DNA of 64,000 nt, taken from positions 160,001-224,000 of the forward strand of contig JBMOMC010000001.1 in NCBI GenBank assembly GCA_049325335.1, read 5' to 3'. The notes beneath the pieces were generated by a model. It ran no database searches and was not told the DNA's origin. It was given only the letters and a program-made list of their open reading frames with translations. This DNA comes from Nitrospirota bacterium. GTDB lineage: Bacteria; Nitrospirota; Nitrospiria; 2-01-FULL-66-17. Below, piece by piece: positions 57,974 through 64,000 of the stretch. A program made the translations under genes and the position numbers. Positions within the stretch are counted from its first letter, which is position 1. Each line of letters opens with the position of its first letter.

Positions 57974-59545
57974 ATGGCCGAGGACGGGACGACGATGGCT
58001 CAAGGATTCGCCGACATGAGTTTGGGACGCAAGGTCTTCCTGCTGGTGACCTTGGCGCTCGCGATCGCCGGAATCAGCGTGGTTTGGCTGTGGCTGCAAA
58101 AGCCGAACTTGCAGGTCCTGTACACGAACCTGTCCACGGACGACGCGGGCGCGGTGACCGCCAAGCTGCGGGAAAGCCGCGTGCCGTACGAGCTCTCCGC
58201 GGACGGCACCGCCGTGTTCGTGCCGGGCGACAAGGTCCACGAGCTGCGCATGCAGCTCGCGACCGACGGCTTGCCCCAGGGCGGCGGCGTCGGGTTTGAA
58301 TTGTTCGATCGCACCTCGCTCGGTACCACCGAATTCGTGCAAAAACTCAACTATCGCCGGGCGCTGCAAGGGGAACTGGCCCGAACCATCGGGCAGTTCG
58401 TGGAAATCCTGTCGGCTCGCGTGCACCTGGTGGTCCCTGAACGGGCCTTGTTCGCCGATCAACGCGAACCGTCCCGCGCATCCGTCGTCGTCACCCTGCG
58501 GCCGGGCAAACAACTCTCCGCCAGCCAGGTCCAGGGTATCGTGCATTTGGTCGCCAGCAGCGTGGAAGGCCTCACTCCCACCGCGGTCACCGTGGTGGAC
58601 AGCCACGGCCAAATGTTGTCCCGATCCTCCGGCGGCTCGGATCAAGACACCGCGTCGGCGGGGCAACTCGATTTCCAGCGCGGGCTGGAAAAAACCATCG
58701 AAACCAAGGTCCAAACCATGCTCGAACGCGTGGTGGGAGCGGGCAAAGCCGTGGTCAGGGTTTCCAGCGTGCTGGACCTGCGGAAAGTCGAATTCACCGA
58801 GGAAAAATTCGACCCCGACACCCAGGTGGTCCGTAGCGAACAACGGACGCAAGAGAGCCGCACGGATTCCTCCACCGCCGGAACCCCGTCCGGGATTCCC
58901 GGCGTGTTGTCCAACGTGCCCCCCGCGACGCCGGGCGCCGAATCCGGAGGCGGCAGCCAAAACGCCTCATCGAAGCGCAACGAAGTGATCAACTACGAGA
59001 TCAGCAAAACCGTGAGCCGAATCGTGGAACCCACGGGCACGATCAAACAATTGTCGGTGGCAGTCCTGGTGGACGGCACGTACGAAGCCCCGCCCGACGG
59101 CGCGGACGGCCCCGGCAAATATGTTCCGCGCAGCGAGGAGGAAATGGGCAAACTCACCGAGTTGGTGAAAAAAGCCATGGGGTTCTCCGACGCGCGTCAG
59201 GATCAAGTAGAAGTCCTCAACGTGCCCTTTGAAACCGGCGCGCTCACGGACGGCGGCGAGGCGCCGTCCGAGGCCGAGTCCTCGCTCGCGCAATTCGTGC
59301 CCTACGCGCGGTATGGCACCGGCCTGGCCCTGGCGTTGATCGTCGTGCTGTTCGTGATCCGCCCGATCCTCGCCATGCTCATGGCCGCCCCCGCGGCCCC
59401 GACCGGCGCCATCGGCGTCCAGCTCCAGGAGGCCGCATTGGTTCCGGCGCAGCCCGCGGTTCGGCGCGAAGACGTGGTCGCGCTCACCAAACAGAATCCC
59501 CTGGTGGCTACGCAGGTGGTGAAAAAATGGATGAAAGAATCGTAG
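57974..59545 (+). CDS. fliF: MS-ring protein FliF
   Basis: GFELFD, RALQGELARTI, ARVHL, NYEISKT, LSVAVLVDG; two TM segments. Confidence 0.96.
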   Translation: MAEDGTTMAQGFADMSLGRKVFLLVTLALAIAGISVVWLWLQKPNLQVLYTNLSTDDAGAVTAKLRESRVPYELSADGTAVFVPGDKVHELRMQLATDGLPQGGGVGFELFDRTSLGTTEFVQKLNYRRALQGELARTIGQFVEILSARVHLVVPERALFADQREPSRASVVVTLRPGKQLSASQVQGIVHLVASSVEGLTPTAVTVVDSHGQMLSRSSGGSDQDTASAGQLDFQRGLEKTIETKVQTMLERVVGAGKAVVRVSSVLDLRKVEFTEEKFDPDTQVVRSEQRTQESRTDSSTAGTPSGIPGVLSNVPPATPGAESGGGSQNASSKRNEVINYEISKTVSRIVEPTGTIKQLSVAVLVDGTYEAPPDGADGPGKYVPRSEEEMGKLTELVKKAMGFSDARQDQVEVLNVPFETGALTDGGEAPSEAESSLAQFVPYARYGTGLALALIVVLFVIRPILAMLMAAPAAPTGAIGVQLQEAALVPAQPAVRREDVVALTKQNPLVATQVVKKWMKES

Positions 59546-59549
59546 CTCC

Positions 59550-60551
59550 ATGGCGCGTAAGCTGACCGGTCCCGATAAAACCGCGATCCTCCTGATGACG
59601 CTGGGCGAGGATATGGCCGCCGAGGTCATGAAGACTCTCGACCCCAAGGACATTCGAAAGATCGGGGCCATGATCGCGCGGCTGACCGACGTGCCCGAAG
59701 AGGACGTGGCCCAGGTGCTGCAAGAATTCACGGATCAGGCGGGCAAGGGCATGGGGCTGAGCTTGGAAGGCAAAGACTACATCCAATCCGTCCTGACCAA
59801 AGCATTGGGCAAAGACCGGGCCACTCGTGTGCTGGAAACGCTCAGCGCCGCAGAGGAAGGCGGGTTGGAATCCCTCAAATGGATGGACCCCAAATCCATC
59901 GCGGGCCTCATCCGCGGCGAACACCCGCAAACCGTGGCGTTGATCCTCAGCAACTTGGACTCCGATCAGAGCGGACAAATCGTCCGGCATCTGCCCGCGA
60001 ACATGCGCAGCGACGTCATGCTCCGAATGGCCACGATCGAAGAGATCCCGCCCGGCGTGTTGAAGGAAGTCAGCGAGGTGTTGCAGGATGAAATGAAACG
60101 GGTCGGGACCGCCGGCGGAGTGAAAGTGGGCGGAGCCAAAATGGTCGCGGACATTCTCAACCGTTTGGACCATGCGTCGGAAGAAGCGGTCTTGACCTCC
60201 ATCGCGCAGAACAACCCGGACCTGGCCGAACAGATTCGCCAGATGATGTTCGTCTTTGAAGATTTGGCCAAACTCGACGACCGCGCCATGCAACAGGTTC
60301 TCAAAGAGATCCCCAAAGAGGCGTTGGGGCTCGCGCTCAAGGCCGCGAAAGACGAGATCAAAGACAAGTTCTTCAAAAATATGTCCAGCCGCGCGGTCGA
60401 GATCCTCAAGGAGGATATGGAGGCCAAGGGCCCGGTCAAACTCAGCGAGGTCGAAAAAGCGCAACAGTCCATCTTAAAAATCGCGCAAAAGCTGGCCGAA
60501 GAAGGCAAGATCGTGCTCGGAGGCAAGGGTGACACAGACGAACTGGTCTAA
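59550..60551 (+). CDS. fliG: Rotor protein FliG
   Basis: KTAILLM.LGE, EHPQT, GG, MFVFED, NMSSRA. Confidence 0.96.
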   Translation: MARKLTGPDKTAILLMTLGEDMAAEVMKTLDPKDIRKIGAMIARLTDVPEEDVAQVLQEFTDQAGKGMGLSLEGKDYIQSVLTKALGKDRATRVLETLSAAEEGGLESLKWMDPKSIAGLIRGEHPQTVALILSNLDSDQSGQIVRHLPANMRSDVMLRMATIEEIPPGVLKEVSEVLQDEMKRVGTAGGVKVGGAKMVADILNRLDHASEEAVLTSIAQNNPDLAEQIRQMMFVFEDLAKLDDRAMQQVLKEIPKEALGLALKAAKDEIKDKFFKNMSSRAVEILKEDMEAKGPVKLSEVEKAQQSILKIAQKLAEEGKIVLGGKGDTDELV

Positions 60552-61161
60552 GATCGTCAAGGCCGACCTGGCGGAAGACTCCGCCGTCGCCGCGTACAAC
60601 CTTCGCGAAGTCTCGGGGATCCTGGCGCCTCGGCACGGCGGCGGACCGAGCGGCCGCGGCACCGGCGAGCGCAACGGGTACGAGGAGGGCTTCGCCTCGG
60701 GCCAGCGCGCGGGGCGCGACGCCGGCTTGAAGGAAACCGAAGCCGCGCGACGCGCATTGGCCGCGTTGATGACCGAACTGACCACGTTGCGCAGCGCCCT
60801 CCTGGCGCGGTACGAGCAAGAACTGGTCGGTCTGGTGTTTGCCGCGGCCGACCGAGTCTTGGGCGGGGAAGCGGCCCGCCATCCGGAACTGCCGCTGGCG
60901 TATATCCGAGAAGCCGTCGATAAATTGGGCCGCACCGATCGGATCGTGATTCGCGCGCATCCCGATGACGTGGACCGCCTGACCCGCGAGTTGGCCGCCC
61001 ATGCGCCCGACCAAGGGCCGCAATTGCGCGTGGAAGCCGACCCCTCGCTGCGCCAGGGCGAGTGCGTGGCCGAAACCCCGCAGCGCGCGGTGGACGCGCG
61101 GTGGACAAGCCAACTGGCGGCCTTGGACCACGCGGTCCGACGCGGAGACGCGCCGTCGTGA
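60529..61161 (+). CDS. fliH: FliH
   Basis: GxxxG repeats (GYEEGFASGQRAG), HPDD, DPSL..G.C; between fliG and fliI. Confidence 0.85.
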   Translation: MTQTNWSKIVKADLAEDSAVAAYNLREVSGILAPRHGGGPSGRGTGERNGYEEGFASGQRAGRDAGLKETEAARRALAALMTELTTLRSALLARYEQELVGLVFAAADRVLGGEAARHPELPLAYIREAVDKLGRTDRIVIRAHPDDVDRLTRELAAHAPDQGPQLRVEADPSLRQGECVAETPQRAVDARWTSQLAALDHAVRRGDAPS

Positions 61162-62474
61162 CCGTCGAGATCGACCGCATCCGCGAGGTGATCGCCTCGA
61201 GCGACCCGCGCCCGGCCCACGGCCGCATTTCCCGCGCGGTGGGCTTGGTGCTGGAAGGATACGCGCCCGCCTGCGCGATCGGCGACGTGTGCGAAATTCG
61301 CTCGCGCCCCCAGGGTCCGTCCATCCGGGCCGAGGTCGTCGGATTTCGGGATGACAAGGCGCTGCTCATGCCGCTCGGCGACCTCACCGACATCGGCCCC
61401 GGCAGCCTGGTGGTGGACACGGGAGAACCGCCCACGGTGGCGGTCGGCGACGGGCTGCTGGGCCGCGTCATCGACGGACTCGGACGCCCCTTGGACGGCC
61501 GGCCCCCGATGGTTCCCCAGGCCGCGTATCGACTCCACGCCACCCCGCCCAACCCCATGCGTCGTCGTCGGATCAGCGCCCCGTTGGATCTCGGCATCCG
61601 CGCGATCAACGGACTGCTCACGTGCGGCAGAGGACAACGCGTCGGCGTCTTCGCGGGCAGCGGCGTGGGCAAAAGCGTGTTGTTGGGCATGATGGCCCGT
61701 TACACCGCCGCGGACGTGACCGTCATCGCGTTGGTGGGTGAACGCGGGCGCGAAGTACGGGATTTCATCGACAAGAATTTGGGCCTGGAGGGTCTCCGGC
61801 GTTCGGTCGTGGTGGTCGCCACGTCCGACCAACCCTCGTTGGTGCGCGTGCGCGGAGCCCTGACCGCCATGGCAATCGCGGAGTTTTTTCGCGACCAGGG
61901 CCGACACGTGTTGCTGATGATGGACTCGCTCACCCGCCTGGCCCACGCGCAACGCGAAATCGGTCTGGCGTCGGGCGAACCCCCGACCACCAAGGGCTAC
62001 ACCCCGTCCGTGTTCGCCCTGCTGCCCCGCTTTTTAGAGCGCGCCGGCACCGCCGACGGATCGGGAACCATCACCGGGCTGTTTACGGTCCTCGTCGAGG
62101 GGGATGACTTGACGGACCCGATTCCGGACGCGGCGCGAGCGATTCTCGACGGCCACATCATCCTGTCCCGCGAACTGGCAGCGCAAAATCAATACCCGGC
62201 CATCGACCTGCTGCGCAGCGCCAGCCGCGTCATGATCGACGTGGTCGAGGCGCGTCAACTGGACGACGCGCGTCGGCTGGCCGAGCTGCTCGCCGCATAC
62301 GACCGCGCCAAGGAACTCATTCAAATCGGCGCGTACAAACCCGGCTCGGACCCCGCGGTGGATCGCGCGCTGGCAAAATGGGACCGCATCCGGGCGTATT
62401 TTCATCAAGGGATGGACCAACGCGTGGACCTGGCGACCAGCGCGCAGGATCTCGCGCGTCTCGTGGAGAACTGA
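61158..62474 (+). CDS. fliI: Export ATPase FliI
   Basis: AGSGVGKS, GERGREV, MDSLTR, GEPP..KGY.PS, DGHI.LSR; GTG start by GTGA coupling. Confidence 0.96.
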   Translation: MTVEIDRIREVIASSDPRPAHGRISRAVGLVLEGYAPACAIGDVCEIRSRPQGPSIRAEVVGFRDDKALLMPLGDLTDIGPGSLVVDTGEPPTVAVGDGLLGRVIDGLGRPLDGRPPMVPQAAYRLHATPPNPMRRRRISAPLDLGIRAINGLLTCGRGQRVGVFAGSGVGKSVLLGMMARYTAADVTVIALVGERGREVRDFIDKNLGLEGLRRSVVVVATSDQPSLVRVRGALTAMAIAEFFRDQGRHVLLMMDSLTRLAHAQREIGLASGEPPTTKGYTPSVFALLPRFLERAGTADGSGTITGLFTVLVEGDDLTDPIPDAARAILDGHIILSRELAAQNQYPAIDLLRSASRVMIDVVEARQLDDARRLAELLAAYDRAKELIQIGAYKPGSDPAVDRALAKWDRIRAYFHQGMDQRVDLATSAQDLARLVEN

Positions 62475-62520
62475 CGCGGCCGCGGCGGGCCGCATCGGAA
62501 TCTCCAGGGAGGGAACGATC

Positions 62521-62970
62521 ATGCCGCCTACGAAACTTCACTCCGTGAGTCGTCTGCGGCAACGTCGCGTCGACGAGCTGCGGAAAGAATACGCGGAACT
62601 CCTAGACCAGCTTCACGAAGAAGAGGCTCGTGGGGACGCGATGCAGGCCCTCTTAGACCAGACCCTGCAAGCGGTCGCGCGCCAGATGCACGACGCGATC
62701 ACACCCCGGGAATTGGAGGCGTATTATCGATTCGTGGCCTACCAATCCACGGAACTTCAGGGCCACCGCTCCGCGCTCGATCAACTGCGCGCCGTGTGCG
62801 AGGAAAAACGCACGATCTTGGTCCAGGCCAAACAAGACGAGCGGGTGATCGTGGAACTCGAACGCGCCCACCACGCAAGAGAACGACGAGCCTCCGACAA
62901 ACGCGAACAACACGCGGCGGACGAATTCCTGACCCGGCGCGCCGTCATGAAGGCTCCGTCCGATGACTGA
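62521..62970 (+). CDS. fliJ: FliJ
   Basis: 149-aa coiled coil after fliI with EQ...DE near the C-terminus. Confidence 0.75.
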   Translation: MPPTKLHSVSRLRQRRVDELRKEYAELLDQLHEEEARGDAMQALLDQTLQAVARQMHDAITPRELEAYYRFVAYQSTELQGHRSALDQLRAVCEEKRTILVQAKQDERVIVELERAHHARERRASDKREQHAADEFLTRRAVMKAPSDD

Positions 62971-63535
62971 ACCGTCCGCGACCGTGGAAACCGCACGAGC
63001 CGATGCGCTCGCGCGCCCGTGGATCGCGGCGATCTGCGTACTCGGTCTGCTGTGCGCCGGGGCGGGAGCCCCAGGCGCACCGCCCGCCGACGGCCCATCG
63101 GCGCCGGAAGCGACTGCGGACCAAGAGCCGTCCACGCCGGAAGCCTTGCTGAAAGCCATGAAGCAGCGCGAAGACGAACTCAACCAACGCGCCGATGTCC
63201 TGCACCAACAGGAGCAACGCCTCAAAATCATGGACCAGGACCTTCGGGCCATGATGGACAAATACGTGAAGCTGCGCGACGAGGCGCTGCAGAAAGCCAA
63301 ACAAGCCGCGGGCTCGGATCAGGCGAGCGACGACTCCAAATACGCCCAATTGGCCAAAGTGTACGAACAAATGGCGGCAGACGAAGCCGCGGCGCGGATC
63401 GAGAAGATGGACGAGGCCGTCGCGCTCAAGATTCTGGCCGTCGCGAAACCCAAGGCCGCCGCCAAAATTCTGATGGGCCTCCCGGCCGCCAAAGCGGCCC
63501 GCCTGAGCGAACGCCTCGCGACCGGACGCAAGTAA
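62963..63535 (+). CDS. MotE/FlbB-like (MgtE N-terminal-like) flagellar protein
   Basis: Hydrophobic segment, coiled coil, LAKVYEQM...AAARI..MD...A..IL...P..AAKIL. Confidence 0.75.
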   Translation: MTEPSATVETARADALARPWIAAICVLGLLCAGAGAPGAPPADGPSAPEATADQEPSTPEALLKAMKQREDELNQRADVLHQQEQRLKIMDQDLRAMMDKYVKLRDEALQKAKQAAGSDQASDDSKYAQLAKVYEQMAADEAAARIEKMDEAVALKILAVAKPKAAAKILMGLPAAKAARLSERLATGRK

Positions 63536-63550
63536 TCGGTCGTACGGGAC

Positions 63551-63576
63551 GACCCGCCCGCCGCGCGCGGCGGGTC
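63551..63576. terminator. GC hairpin between convergent genes
   Basis: GACCCGCC...GGCGGGTC inverted repeat; no clear U-tract. Confidence 0.3.
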
Positions 63577-64000
63577 AAACGCGCAGTTTGTTTAAGCCGT
63601 TCAACGCCGCAACTTTATAGGCTTCCGCGAGCGTGGGGTAGTTGAACACGCTGTGCACGAAATACTCGATCGTGCCCTTGTGCGCAATCACGGCCTGTCC
63701 GATGTGGACCAGTTCGGTGGCGCCCTCCCCGATCACGTGCACGCCGAGCAGTTCGCGGGTCTGTTGATGAAAAATCAACTTGAGGAGGCCTTCGGTCTCC
63801 CCGATGATCTGCCCGCGCGCGATCTCGCGAAGCCGGGCCACACCGGTCTCGTACGGCACGCACTGTTCGGTCAATTCCTGCTCGGTCTTCCCGACCACGG
63901 AGATCTCCGGGATCGTGAACACGCCATACGGCAACAAATTCGGGAACGAACTCGCCGGATACCCGAACATATGGCACGCCGCGAGCCGCCCCTGGTCCAT
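63575..64000 (-). CDS. sthA: Soluble pyridine nucleotide transhydrogenase, C-terminal part (5' end beyond the window edge)
   Basis: MDQGR.AA, PYG.FTIPEIS.VG.TE, ARGQI.G, GATELVHIGQ, FNYPTLAEAYKVAALNGLN. Confidence 0.88.
   Translation of the reverse strand: MDQGRLAACHMFGYPASSFPNLLPYGVFTIPEISVVGKTEQELTEQCVPYETGVARLREIARGQIIGETEGLLKLIFHQQTRELLGVHVIGEGATELVHIGQAVIAHKGTIEYFVHSVFNYPTLAEAYKVAALNGLNKLRV

Overview
GC-rich bacterial DNA that is almost entirely one flagellar and chemotaxis supercluster. The gene order resembles Nitrospirota/Desulfobacterota-type diderms, but the taxon cannot be established from this window. Minus strand, right to left: fliK-flgD-flgE-fliLMNOPQR-flhBAFG-fliA; a signalling block (PAS kinase, globin-coupled kinase, degenerate REC/HD-GYP); cheA-cheW-mcp-mcp-cheY-cheB-cheR-cheY-cheZ; decayed chemotaxis gene remnants with a DUF420-like gene; motAB; flgFGAHIJMNKL; and a tightly coupled operon of at least 11 genes for ulosonic-acid synthesis and glycosylation that runs off the left edge. 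Plus strand, from a divergent sigma54 control region: TPR protein, sigma54 activator, flgBC-fliEFGHIJ, a motE-like gene, then a convergent partial sthA. No flagellin, fliD, fliS, rRNA, tRNA, CRISPR or transposase was seen. Most notable: (1) an apparently sigma54-driven glycosylation operon combining an animal/KDN-type phosphorylated-sugar NeuB, HAD phosphatase and CMP-transferase with transketolase, ALDH, SDR, FkbM and a GT41; (2) three predicted heme gas sensors plus a degenerate HD-GYP protein under sigma28-like promoters; (3) a 709-bp apparently identical repeat between two MCP genes; (4) remnants of a second chemotaxis system. All calls come from manual reading of motifs; no database searches were run.
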